In this document: one piece after another, positions 38,883 to 52,600 of the stretch
How the letters are laid out: every line of letters starts with the position of its first letter
How positions within the stretch are numbered: the stretch's first letter is position 1
From: Octopus sinensis
Lineage: Eukaryota
DNA: 64,000 nt
NCBI RefSeq assembly: GCF_006345805.1
Contig: NC_043026.1
Coordinates: 2,170,001 to 2,234,000 of the forward strand
Reading direction: 5' to 3'
Program-made: the position numbers and the translations under genes
The notes under the pieces: generated by a model
The model's database searches: none
What the model was told of the DNA's origin: nothing
The model's input: the letters and a program-made list of their open reading frames with translations, nothing else

Positions 38883-39209
38883 AACAACAAACAAGATGAG
38901 GACAAATATCTGTCAAATGTAAATAATGTAAATAATGTAAATAATGTACATAATTCCTCATCCCTTAAATATAGAACTGTAATACCCAAAATAGATGAGT
39001 ATCGAGTCCCTAGACACATTAAGTGCTTGGGCAACAGTCAAGTTTGCCCACACCTTAAGACAGCTGTGAGATGTCTATCACACGTATCAGTAAAATCATT
39101 CTTTCGCATTGAGTGAGCCTTGTGCTACAAAATGATTCTGTAACGTTTCACATGAAAGGAAGGCTTTGAGCTGACAGAATCGTTTCCACTTCAGCCAAAA
39201 GGCTTAATG

Positions 39210-39760
39210 GCTTTGTGGCACTTCATTCATCTTGACGTTCTGAGTTCAAATCCCACCGAGATTGATTTTGCCTTTCATCCTTTAGGGGTTGATAAATTAT
39301 ATACCATTGGGCTTGATGTAATTGACTAAGCCCCTTCTCACAAAATTACTGACCTTGTGCCAAACCCTTATTATAATTATTATTAAGGTGGCCAGCTGGC
39401 AGAATCATTAGCACACTGGGGTAAATGCTTAGTGGCATTTCATCTGTCCTTACATTCCAGGTTCAAATTCCACTGAGGTCAACTTTGCCTTTCATCCTTT
39501 CAGGGTCTATGAAATAAGTACCAGTTATGCACTGGGATGAATGTAATCGACAGCCCCTTCCTCTCAAATTTCTGGCCTTGTGCCTATAATAGAAAGAATT
39601 GTTATTTAGGCAGTTTGCTGGCCGAATCCTGAACAGGTTGAACAAAATGGTCAGCAGCGTTTCATGGCTTTATGTTCTGAGTTCAAATCCTGCCAAGGTC
39701 GACTTTGCCCTTCCTCCTTTTTGGGGTTGGTAAAACAAGTCCCAGGTGAACATTGAGAAA
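39210..39760 (+). mobile_element. Head-to-tail array of three partial SINEs with a Deu/Nin-like central domain (family D)
   Basis: Three repeats of gagttcaaat.c..c.gagg.c.actttgcctttcatcctt..ggg.t.gataaa; other copies near 17150, 22400, 23300, 26850, 27130 and 42650. Confidence 0.6.
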
Positions 39761-40932
39761 TTTACTTCTTAACCACATGGTCTTCAGTCAGTCTCAGCGA
39801 AAGGTATGGATGGATGGGCAGACAACCAGATGGACGGACAGACAGACAGACAGCAGGACAGACAGACGGACAAACAGACAGACAGCCGGACGGACAGGCG
39901 GATGGGCAGATGGATGGATGGATGGAAAATAGATAGATAAACAGATATGATGAATTTCTTTCAGTTTCCATCTCCCAAATCCAGTCACAAGATGTTTGGT
40001 CGACCCAGGGTTATAGATAGTAGTAATCAACTCACCTCCTCCCAAAATATTGCTGGCCTTGTGCCAAAATTTGAAATCAATATAAACTTAGACCTTGATA
40101 TTGATTATCAATGCTCGTGAATACATGTGTACACACACCTGCATAGAAACAGCTCATTAACTCATACAATAACACCATATACACATGCACACACACACAA
40201 ATACATGTATATATATATGCATGTATGCACACACACACACCACACACACACATGAACACACATACGCTACTACATGTGTATATAGATACATACATGTATG
40301 GAACAATGCATGACGTATCTGAAGTTCAAACAATGAGAAAAAGAAAGAAAGCATATGCACACGTATATGTGTGTGTGTGTGTGTATGTATGTGTGTGTAT
40401 GTATGTGTGTGTATGTATGTGTGTGTATGTATGTATGTGTATGTGTGTATGTATGTGTATGTATGTATGTATGTCTGTTTATGTGTGTGTGTGTGTATGT
40501 CCTGTTCTGTTTTCAATTCTTTGAAATCTTCGTCTGAGGAAGGAGCTGCTTTCTACCAAAGCTACAAAGCTCCATCACTGGAATTGGAGATAAGAGAAAT
40601 GAATTCCCATTTTAACCTTGAGAACGGTTTTGCTTATAAATAACATTCCTCTTCCCGATTGTTTTTTGTAATGTGTGTGTTGGTTGGTTGCTTTCTTCTT
40701 CTGGAAATCCAAGCTCATCTAGGATGTCACTTGTAGGTATAAATGTGAATTTATAATCTGGATATAGAATCTGGACGTTTTGAAGCATTTGTCCATAGTT
40801 ATCCTTTATCTCTTTGATTTAAAAAGAAAAAAAGAAAATTTGCATCAGATGCTGACTTCTGTGACGGTACATGCTTTTTTTTTCTTGGCTGTCCTTAAAA
40901 TACAATATCCAGCCTTTTACACTTACACTCAG

Positions 40933-41712
<780 letters not shown>

Positions 41713-42136
41713 AAATAGGTAGATAAACAGATATGATGAATTTCTTTCAGTTTCCATCTCCCAAATCCAGTCACAAGGTTTCTGGTCGACCCAGGGTTAT
41801 AGTAGAAGACACTTGCCCAAAGTGAGGCTGACTGAAGATCAAGTTTCTCAACCACGCAACCTGACACACAGAAACCTCAAGACCCCTATTTTGTAATAAT
41901 AGCTTCAAATTTTCACGTGGGGCCAGCAGGTTCAGAGGGGCAGGTAAATCGATTACATCAACCCCTAGGACTCAAATGGTATTCATTTTATCAGCCCTAA
42001 AGTTCAAACCCTGTGAAGGTCAACTGGGGTCGATGTAATTGACTGGGTCCCTCCCCTAAAATGTCATGCATATGTATCTATATACACATGTAGTAGTGTA
42101 TGCATGTGTGTGTGTGTGTGTGTGTATACATGCATA

Positions 42137-42538
42137 TACTCTTTACTCTTTTACTTGTTTCAGTCATTTGACTGCGGCCATGCTGGAGCACTGCCTTTAG
42201 TCGAGCAACTCGACCCCGGGACTTATTCTTTTTGTAGGCCCAGTACTTATTCTATCGGTCTATTTTTGCCGAACCGCTAAGTGACGGGGACGTAAACACA
42301 CCAGCATCGGTTGTCAAGCAATGCGAAGGGAACAAACACAGACACACAAACACACACACATACATATATATACATATATACGACAGGCTTCTTTCAGTTT
42401 CCGTCTACCAAATCCACTCACAAGGCTTTGGTCGGCCCAGGGCTATAGCAGAAGACACTTGCCCAAGATGCCACGCAGTGGGACTGAACCCGGAACCATG
42501 TGGTTGGTAGGCAAGCTACTTACCACACAGCCACTCCT
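42137..42538 (-). mobile_element. SINE family A, full length
   Basis: Complete copy. Confidence 0.9.
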
Positions 42539-43157
42539 GCGCCTATATATGTATGTATTTGCCTTTAGTAGGAATGATTATTTAAAGTACCTCAAGCTGG
42601 AAGAATTGTTAGTGTGCCAGGTAGTTGCTCAGCGATATTCATGTTCTGAGTTCAAATTCCACCAAGGACAGCTTTGCCTTTCATCTTTTTGGGGTCGCTA
42701 AAAGGATGAAAGGCAAACTCGACCTTGGTGGAATTTGAATTCAGAATGTAAAGAAATAAATCAACCCCAGGACTTACTCTTTGTAAGCCTAGTACTTATT
42801 CTATCAGTCTCTTTTGCTGAACCACTAAGTTACAGAGACAAAAACACACCAAAACCGGTTGTCACGCTATGGTGGGCGGGTGAGACAAACACAGGCACAA
42901 AGACACATGCACATAAATATATACATACATACATACACACACACACATATATATATATGTATATATACATATATATATATAAATATATATATATATATGT
43001 ATATTGAAATGGATAAATGAATTATCTTGTTAAGGATTATTCAAAATTTAACCGATACCTGGGTAGCAAAAATCACAACAGAAAAAACACGGTTGAAGTT
43101 ACGACCTTGGGGTGTCGCAACCGTGCCTTAGCGCGGATAGTTGAAGTTTAATATATT

Positions 43158-43545
43158 TAGTGAAGGGAAGAAATGGAACTGAACGAAGATTCTACAGAAT
43201 TCCTTTTATTATTTTCTACACATGTTTCAAAGGCCGCAAATTTCCAAATTCGGATTGAATAAGGAGACCATTTTGCAGGAAATCCAGGAATTTAAAATCC
43301 AAAACAAATGCGCAGCAAGGTCTTCGAACAAAACGCTCCTCTGTGCTTTTTCATGGGCTCCTAAGGAGCGTTTGTTCGAAGACCTTGCTGCGCATTTGTT
43401 TTGGATTTTAAATTCCTGGATTTTCCTGCAAATGGTCTCCTTATTCAATCCGAATTTGGAAATTTGCGGCCTTTGAAACATGTGTAGAAAATAATAAAAG
43501 GAATTCTGTAGATTCTTCGTTCTGCTCCATTTCTTCCCTTCACTA
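43158..43545. repeat. Near-perfect palindrome: ~183-bp arms, 23-nt loop
   Basis: 43158-43340 matches the reverse complement of 43364-43545 with 3 substitutions and a few homopolymer-length differences; near-identical ORFs are called on both strands. Confidence 0.95.
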
Positions 43546-43547
43546 TA

Positions 43548-44812
43548 TCATCATCATCATCATCATCATCATCGTTTAACGTCCGTTTTCCGCGCTAGCA
43601 CGGGTTGGACGGTTCGACCAGGGTCTGGGAAGACAGGGGCCGCTCCAGGCTCCAGTCTGATCTGGCAGAGTTTCTACGGCTGGATGCCCTTCCTAACGCC
43701 AGCCACTCCGAGAGTGGAGTGGGTGCTTTTTACGTGCCACCTGCACAGGGGCCGGGGGGTCCGGCATCGGTCACGATCGGCTCGAGCTTTTAACGTGCCA
43801 GTGGCACGGGGGAAACGGGATCCGGTGTACTTTGGGGATCCGGGGTACTTTGAATGGGTAGGGGCTATGTGGAATTGATGCAGAAAGCAGCCCGGGTCTT
43901 TGCAGTCACAGCATATCTCCAGAGATCTCGGTCCTTCGCCATTGCCTCAGTGAGGCCCATGCTTGACTACCTCATCCCATGTCTTCCTGGGTCTACCTCT
44001 CCCCCTGATACCTTCAACTGTTTGGGAGTGGCACTTCTTCACACATCTCTCTTCATCCATCCGCAGCACATGACCATACCATCGCAAGCGTCGCTCTTGC
44101 ACACCACATCTGATGCTTCTTATAGCCAGCATTTCTCTCAGGGTGCTTACACTCTGTCGTGCGTGCACACTGACACTACACATCCAGCGGATCATGCTAG
44201 CTTCATTTCTTTCAAGTCTACGCATGTCCTCTGCAGTCACAGCCCATGTTTCATTACCGTGAAGCATGGCAGTTCGCACACATGCATCATACAATCTACC
44301 TTTCACTCTGAGTGAGAAACCCTTTGTCGCCAGTAGGGGTAGGAGCTTTCTGAACTTTGCCCAGGCTATTCGTATTCTAGTGGTGATACTCTCTGTGCAT
44401 CCACCTCCGCTACTAACTTGGTCACCCAGGTAGCGGAAACTATCAACTACTTCTAGTTTCTCTCCCTGGAGTGTGATGGAATCTGTTTTCTGAGTGTCTG
44501 TTGTGTCTATTGTCCCTGTGCATCTGCCGTACATGAAAACTATCTTATCTGTTAATTTCCCTTTAATGTTGCTGCACCTCTTATGTATCCATAGCTTACA
44601 TTGGGTGCATCTTATGGAGTTTCTACCTGTACCTTTCCTACAGATTGAGCAGGTCCACCTACCCGAGGGGGCGTGTGCTGAGTACCTCTTGCTGCTTACT
44701 ATTACTTTGGTCTTTGCTACATTTATTCTAAGGCCCTTTGATTCTAACCCTTGCTTCCACACCCGAAATTTCTCTTCTAGTTCCGGTAGTGCTGCACGGA
44801 CTTTGTCAGTGA
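43548..44812 (-). mobile_element. 5'-truncated RTE-type LINE with (TGA)n tail
   Basis: GLRINVAKTKV, FRYLGD, AMLHGNETW, LRWYGHVLRM, GRPRKTW; 3' UTR 43575-43900; (TCA)n on the plus strand at 43548-43573. Confidence 0.92.
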
Positions 44813-45081
44813 ACAGGTCGCGGTCTTAAAGCGACGAAAATATTTTGACAAATTAAACTTAAATGTTGAAGTGAATCGAACGGCTTTTGTGTGTTTCTTA
44901 AATGGCTTATAAACACCTTCCAATGCTGCAATTGTTTTCGTTTCAGATCAAATCACTTGCTATGCGAGTACATCTCCGTAATATATATATATATATTTTA
45001 TATATATGTATATATATTATATATATATATATTTATATATGTTATATATTATATGAAAGGGCTTAGTAAAATAAATTACTT

Positions 45082-45232
45082 TATGGTGGGTGGTGGTGGT
45101 GGTGATGATGATATGATGATGATGGTGGTGGTGGTGGTGGTGGTGGTGGTGATGAGGTGGATGTTTGTGATGGTGGTGATAATGTGATGGTGGTGGTGGT
45201 GATGATGTGGTGATGGTGGTGGTGGTGGTGAT

Positions 45233-45263
<31 letters not shown>

Positions 45264-45430
45264 GGTGGTGATGATGATGATGATATGATGGTGATGATGG
45301 TGGTGGTGGTGGTGGTGGTGGTGGTGGTGATGATGGTGATGGGTGGTGGTGGTGGTGGTGATGGATGATATGGTGGTGGTGGTGATGATGATGATGATGA
45401 TGGTGATGATGGTGATGGTGGTGGTGGTGA

Positions 45431-45463
<33 letters not shown>

Positions 45464-45551
45464 GGTGGTGGGTGATGATGATGATGATATGGTGATGATG
45501 TGATGGTGGTGGGTGGTGAGGTGGATGGTGGTGGTGGTGGTGGTGGTGTAG

Positions 45552-45585
<34 letters not shown>

Positions 45586-46045
45586 GGTGGTGATGATGAT
45601 GATGATGATGGTGGTGGATGGTGGTGGGTGGTGGTGATGGTGGTGGTGGTGGTGATGATGGTGATGGTGGTGTGGTGATGGTGATGATGATTATGATGGT
45701 GGTGGTGGTGGTGGTGGTGGTGGTGATGATGGTGGTGGTGGTGGTGGTGGTGGTGGTGATGATGGTGATGGTGGTGGGTGGTGGTGGGTGGTGTTGATGA
45801 TGATGGTGGTGGTGGTGATGGTGGTGGTGGTGGTGGTGGGATGATGATGATGATGGTGGTGGTGGTGGTGGTGGTGGTGGTGGTGATGATGGTGATGGTG
45901 GTGGTGGTGGTGGTGATGATGATTATGATGGTGGTGGTGGTGGTGGTGGTGGTGGTGATGATGGTGGTGGTGGTGGTGGTGATGATGGTGGTGGTGGTGG
46001 TGGTGGTGATCATGATAATGATGACTGTGGTTGTGGTGGTGATGA

Positions 46046-46079
<34 letters not shown>

Positions 46080-46673
46080 GGTGGTGGTGGTGGTGGTGAT
46101 GATGGTGGTTGTGGTGGTGGTGATGGTGATGATGATTATGATGGTGGTGGTGGTGGTGGTGGTGGTGGTGATGATGGTGGTGGTGGTGGTGGTGAGTGGA
46201 TGATGATTATGTATGGTGTGGTGGTGGTGGTGGTGGTGGTGGTGATGATGGTGGTGTGGTGGTGGTGATGGTGAGATGATTATGATGTGATGGTGGTGGT
46301 GGTGGGGTGGTGATGATGGTGGTTGTGGTGGTGGTGTGTGTGATGAATGATTATGTGGTGGTGGTGGTGGTGGTGGTGGGTGATGATGGGGTTGTGGTGG
46401 TGGGTGATGTGAGATGATTATGATGGTGGTGTGGTGGTGGTGGTGGTGGTGATGATGGTGGTGGTGGTGGTGGTGTGGTGGTGATGATGGTGATGGGGTG
46501 GGTGGTGGTGGTGGTTGATGATGATTATGATGTTGATGGTGGTGGTGGTGATGTGATGATGATGATTGGGTGTTGGGTGGTGGTGGTGGTGGTGTGGTGT
46601 ATGATGATGATGAAGATGGTGGCGGTGGTGGTGATGATGATGATGGTGGTGGTGTGGTGGTGGTGGTGGTGGT

Positions 46674-46704
<31 letters not shown>

Positions 46705-46745
46705 GGTGGTGGTGATGTGATGATGTTGCTGATGATGATGATGAT
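45082..46745 (+). repeat. 1.66-kb mosaic (GGT)/(GAT) trinucleotide tract
   Basis: Direct reading; almost C-free on the plus strand. Confidence 0.97.
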
Positions 46746-47007
46746 GAACTACCAGAAATCTACAGCTTCTCTGCTGAAATAATGAATTTCCATTGTTTAA
46801 CTCTTTCCCCATTTCTGATTCCTCGGTCGAAAGTGATGCTCAGTTATTCACATTGTTTTCAATTAATCCTTCATTATCTCATCGCGTTAAATGTTCATGA
46901 TGTGATTGTTTTCCATCCAGAATGACATTGTAGGGTGGGGAGAGTCAAATCTGGGCAGTTTGAATATAAACATGTTAAGTATTTTGCACTGGATAAGTTT
47001 TTGTTTA

Positions 47008-47161
47008 AATGCTACACAGTTAATGCCTATAATTATTGGTGCATTTAACTGCAATATTACTGCATTGTGCAGTGCAATGACAACAATGCTACAACAGTTA
47101 ATGCCTATAATTATTGGTGCATTTAACTGCAATTACTGCATTGTGCAGTGCAATGACAACA
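47008..47161. repeat. 77-bp tandem duplication
   Basis: aatgctac..cagttaatgcctataattattggtgc...gcaatgacaac occurs twice, at 47008 and 47085. Confidence 0.9.
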
Positions 47162-47210
47162 AGCGCCAAAATCTGTCATTTTCAAACATGTAAAGTAACA
47201 CACATTTTAT

Positions 47211-47619
47211 CTTTTTACTTGTTTCAGTCATTAGATTGCGGCCAAGCTGGGGCACTGCCTTGAAGAATTGTTAGTTGAATGAATCAACACTAGCATTTTT
47301 GTTTAAAACTGGTACTTATTCTATCGGTCTCTATAGCCAAACTTCTTAGTTACAGGGATGTAAACACATCAACATTGGTTGTCAAGTGGTGGAGGGTTGG
47401 ACACAGACACAAAGACACACAGACACACACATGTATATCTGTCTATATATGTATAAATATAAGACAGACTTCTTTCAGTTTCCATCTACAAAATCCACTC
47501 ACAAAGCTTTGGTCTGCCTGAGGTTATAGTAGAAGACAGTTGCACAAGGTGCCACACAGTGGGACTGAACCCAGAAGCATGTCACTGGGAAGCAAGCTTC
47601 TTCCCACACAGCCACTCCT
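47211..47619 (-). mobile_element. SINE family A, older diverged copy
   Basis: Colinear with the young copies but more substituted. Confidence 0.8.
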
Positions 47620-47921
47620 GTGTCTGATATTTTGCTAATATAATCTGAAAGTAGAACAGTAAAAATGTGCAAGACTGTTCTAAAGTCCTTTAAGATCTTT
47701 AACCATTGCTGTTGTCCACATTCCAGTAAAAGAGCTTCGTATCTCAGTGAAAGTCTGGCCTCATTCTGGTAAGAAGAATTCAAATAATTAAGAAATAAAG
47801 TTAACATGATTGCAAGCTTACATACATATATACATACTATATAAGTGTGTACATATGAATATACATATATACATACCTAGATCTGTATATACATACATAC
47901 ACACATACATTTACACATTGC

Positions 47922-48288
47922 ACCTGCTTCCTGGTATTTGAGCAAAGCCACTGCTTCAGAGAATCATTGAAATGAGTCATGGACGATGCAATGTGAGGCC
48001 CTCGTATGACTCTTGACCCCCTGGCCAAAGACTTGCACATTCCATTGCATAATGCACAGGTGTGCTGTCTGGCAGAGGAAACAGGTGCTTCAGTATGAAG
48101 TCTTTTGACCTGCTTCTTCAATCCTCCAACTGAAAGGCACACCTTTCTGCAGGTAACACATGTTCTGATGTGAACAATAACTGTATCACAATTTTCAAGG
48201 GATTGATTCCTCTGAGTCCCCTGAATGCTGACCTGGCCTTCATGACTCAGGCATTTCCTTCTACAAACCACAAACATAAAAAACAACA
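47922..48288 (-). mobile_element. RTE LINE 3' fragment, near identical to 35712-36079
   Basis: About 6 differences in ~367 bp by eye. Confidence 0.88.
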
Positions 48289-48589
48289 TGTACACATACA
48301 TACGTGGAGGCACATGGCCTAGTGGTTAGAGCAGTGGACTCATGGTTGAGGGATCACAGGTTCGAATCTCAGACCAAGCAATGTGTGTGTTTATGAGCGA
48401 AACACTTAAACTCCACACTTGTTATCGTGCAATGCCTGTGCAAGAAGATTTTTTTTAAAGTGAGGAAAGGCTGTGCACTGAGTCAATCCCACTCACTAAG
48501 CAACAGCAGCCATAATCCGAAAAGAAGAACAAGTCAACATCATCGGTAACCACTGAGCCACAGGTTTTATGTCGGAGTTATCCCAGTTA

Positions 48590-48890
48590 CCTAGGAGTCC
48601 TTCACTCCCAAAGGTTTAACCGCACGATCGGGTATTCAGTCCGATCATTTCTATGTCCCCGCGCATGATACAGCCGTAAGACATTTATTGGATGGCCGTT
48701 GACTCTCAAGAGTTCCTCTGCCCTTTGACAGATTTTGCTTTTCATCCCGCAGGGTGTCCAACAAACACCCTCCTCACCAAGCAAGCTTGGTGGGGTCGCC
48801 GGTTTAGTCGCCGGTTTAGTCGCCGACAACCCGACCATGCAACAGGTTGTACTGGGTTACATGTTACCAGTAGCACTTGAAAATGACCTG
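48590..48890 (-). mobile_element. RTE 5'-UTR-like (possibly Ceph-domain-like) fragment
   Basis: accaagcttgcttggtgaggagggtg motif shared with 36500-36610 (plus strand); the assignment is from recall. Confidence 0.45.
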
Positions 48891-49375
48891 ACCTAAACAT
48901 ACATACATACATACATACATATATATGTACATGCACATACACATATACTCACATACATGCATGCATACAGCCACCTAGTTGAAATACAAGTGGCCAGGTA
49001 TTGTTGTGTAGAGCCACAGGAATACAATAAATACTGTTATGGAAATTAGCTGCGACCATGCTGGAGCACTACCTTGAAGGATTTTAGTTAAACAAATCGA
49101 CTCCAAGACTGTAACTGCTAAGTTGTAGGGATGCAAACACACCAACACTAGTTGTCAAGCAGTGGTGGGGGGTGGGGACAAACACATTCAAAAACACACA
49201 CACATATTTATATACAATGGGCTTCTTTTCAGTTTCCGTCTACCAAATCCACTCACAAGGCTTTGGTCGACCCGAGGCTATAGTAGAAGACACTTGCCCA
49301 AGGTGCCACGCAGCGGAACTGAATCCGGAACTATGTGGTTGAGAAGCAAGCTTCTTACCACACAGCCAACCCTGC

Positions 49376-49408
<33 letters not shown>

Positions 49409-49637
49409 TACGCACACACATGCACACATGCACACACATATTATGTCTGAAATGCCTAGATGAGAGGTTCTCTCAAGGATAATAAAGCAGTATTCGGTGT
49501 TACACTGAGTCAGTGATGTTTATTTGGATATAAGGATTAGCTTTTGGTATTAACACTGTTTCTGTTGCAGTACATTTGGTTCTAATAATTATATATATAC
49601 CAACAACAGAAATTAAATTAAATACATTAATTAAATT

Positions 49638-52600
49638 AACTTTGGAACATGGAAAGAGTGAACGCTTTTTAATCCTCAAGACACAGAGAGAGCAGAACAG
49701 AGAGAAGAGCTCTTGTCTCCAAAGAACTGGCAAAATTTAACTTTGACATTGCTGCTTTCAGTGAAACATGTCTCCCTGGGGAAGGAAAGACTGAAGGGAT
49801 AGGTTTGGGTTGTTCATTCTTCTGGAAAGGGAAAGAAGAGGGAGAGAGAAAAATTCACAGAAGCGCTTTTGCTGTAAAATCCAAGCGTTTGAAGGAAGAC
49901 CATCAGAAACTCTCTGCCATCAAGGAATGGCTTGTGACTCTCCAAATATCGATCTCCACCACCACCACCACCACCTTTATGACACTCACCTCTGCTTACC
50001 ATTGATGCCAATGACAATGTGAAAAACCCTTCTACCAACAGCTGAGTGACCTCATCCTCAATGTAACACCAAATGACAAGCTCCTCCTCACCTTCCTCCT
50101 CCTTGGGGATTTCAATGCAAGAGTGGAGAGAGACGATGGGTGATTGTAATTAACAAAGAAGGAGTGAGAAACTGCAATGAAAATGGACTCCTGCCCCTCG
50201 GGCTGTGGCACTGAACACTCTCTCTTCATCACCAGCACCCAATTTTGACTCCCAAATTATTTCAAGACCACCTGGAAACACCCCAAGTTGAAACACTGGC
50301 GCCTCCTGGACTTCTCCATCATCCAGCAATGAGACAAAAGAAACATTTTCCTCAAGTGAACAGCTAACATCGCTGACAATTGATTGATAGATCATTGTCT
50401 AGTCATCACTCACCTTTGAATAATGGTTAATAACAAACAAAAGACTGGAAAAACAAAACCAGTCAGAAGAAAATTTGACTTATCGAAGCTTAACAATCCA
50501 GAGATCAGCTTCCCTTATGCATCTTCCACTTTCAAATACCTTCAATCCATCCCATTTGACCACCCGGATATGGATAAGGGGTGGAGCACACTTTGAAAAG
50601 CCATCACTGAGGTGGCTGAAAACACCCTCGGGTACAGCAAAAGGGGACATCAGGGCTGGTTTGATGACAATGATCAAGAAATCAGCCAGCTGATCGATGC
50701 CAAATGGCAAGGCCACCTCTGTCATAAGCAAGATCCAAGATCGCAGCACAAGAAGGTGAGATATCAAGACCTCAAAAGATAATGCCAAACAAAATTGAGA
50801 AAGATGCAGAACAACTGGCAGCAACAAAAAACCATTGAACTGCAAAGGTATGCTGATGCTGATGACCTCACACACTTCTACACAGGAAGGAAAGAACTTT
50901 TGAGCCCATGAGGCCATCACAGATCTCCTCAATCAGTAGACTCCAACACCATCCTGACTGACCCACAAGATATCCTTAAGTGCTGGAGAGAGCATTTTTA
51001 GAGTCTTCTGAACCAAGACTCCAATGTGACAGAAGATTCTTTGAACGTACCCATGCATCCAACTCGATACTGGATGAACACGCCACCATCCTACGAAGAG
51101 TACCAGATTACCCTCAACCGCATGAAGCAGCAGAAGTCTCCTGGCCCAGACAACATCTAAAATATGGTGAACTACTATAAAACACCAGGCTGTTCACATT
51201 GATTGTCTGAATGTGGAAGAACTGCCATGTTCCCAAAGGCCTCAGCGAGTTATTATCACCATCTTTAAAAATGGAGATAGAAAGATCTGTGGGAACTATC
51301 ATGGCATCTCACTACTCTCCCCTGCAGGGAAAAGCTTTGCAAGGCTCCTTCTGGATCGTCTCCAAATCATCGCAAAAGAAGTCCTACCCGAATCACAATG
51401 TGCATTTCAACCATCAAGAGGGACAATTGACATGATTTTTTGTGCTTGGCAAATACAAGAAAAGAGGAGAGAACAAAAAAAACCTTTTTATTTTGTTTTC
51501 TGTAACCTCAAAAAGGCCTTTGATACCATTCCAAGGCCCGCAATGTGGAAGATCCTCCAACGCTTCAGCTGCCCCGATCAGTTCGTTTCCCTAGTACAGG
51601 GATTACATGACAGTGTAACTGGAACCATCTTTCATCAAAACCAACTGTCTGAAGACTTCTCGACCACTACAGGATTAAAACAGGGATGTGCTTTGGCCCT
51701 GACGCTCTTCTCCCTGGAATCAACACTAGGTACCAGTAGGGTGGCAGGGGATGTTTCAACCTTGCCAGATTGAAGTCACGAAGACTGACCAGGAAGCAAA
51801 AGATCACTGAACTTCAGTTCGATGATGACAACACAGCAGCCTGCCACTCCAGTGAACAGCTTCAACAATCTGTGAATAATTTCACCAATGCTTACACTCA
51901 GTTTGGCCTAAAAATCAACACCAAAAGGACAAAAATCATCCTGGCACAACCTGTTCTAAGCCAGGAAACACCAGACCTCAACATTACCATCTCAGAGACG
52001 CCACTGGAGAAAGTCAACCATTTTTGATACTTAGGAATTTTGCTTTCAAATAAGTGCACATCAGAAAAGTGGAGAACTGATTAAGAGCAGCTCACACCAC
52101 ATTTGGTGGACTCGCGAAAAGGGTCTTTAAGAACAAAGATCTGAACTACAAAACAAAACTGAATGTCTACCATGCAGTTGTGATCTCCACTCTCCTCTAT
52201 GGTTATGAAACCCGGACTCTTTACCGAGGTAACATCGTCCAAAAACTAGAGTGATTTCGCCAACAGAATATCAAATGGAATGACGATATGATTGATGTCT
52301 CTGTTTTGGAGAGAATGAAAAGCAGAAGCATCGAGGCCACCTGAAACATAATCTGAGAAGAGCAGGCCACATAGCAAGAATGTAAGAGGCCAGGCTGGCC
52401 CTCAAATGGTGAACTTTCCACTGGAAGAAGACTCCATGGCTGTCCCCTCTGTTGGTACAAGGACCAGCTGAAGCATAGCCTAAAACTGACTGGAATTGAT
52501 CCCAAAGCCTGGAACATTGAAGCTCAGGACAGGCCCAGCTGGCATCATTCCATCTCCACTGGGACAGACATTTTGAAGTTGAATGACAATGGAGGCTGCA

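Larger units (their letters stand above)
38008..38950. mobile_element. Inverted (divergent) pair of 5'-truncated Penelope-like element 3' ends
   Basis: The left copy (minus, 38451 to 38008) encodes WDEVKI-GREYHRKIRKLKEAAHMLGHNNLLSRPSAD...; the right copy (plus, from 38452) encodes EVAHMQGHNNLLSRPSADMSSIWETVLRKDRKILDL*. Each is followed by a tRNA-like segment, a microsatellite and a hammerhead. Confidence 0.8.

Noticed and set aside
43222-43481. Pair of 84-aa ORFs on opposite strands
   Set aside because: Mirror products of the palindrome; no recognisable domain.
45081-46812. Poly-His/Pro/Thr or poly-Val/Met ORFs as His-rich beak-type proteins
   Set aside because: Pure trinucleotide mosaic with frequent phase slips; lacks the Gly/His/Ala motif structure of such proteins.
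46906-47193. Possible exon after a polypyrimidine-CAG at 46920
   Set aside because: The ORF runs through a 77-bp tandem duplication and has no homology I can recognise; the splice signal alone is insufficient.
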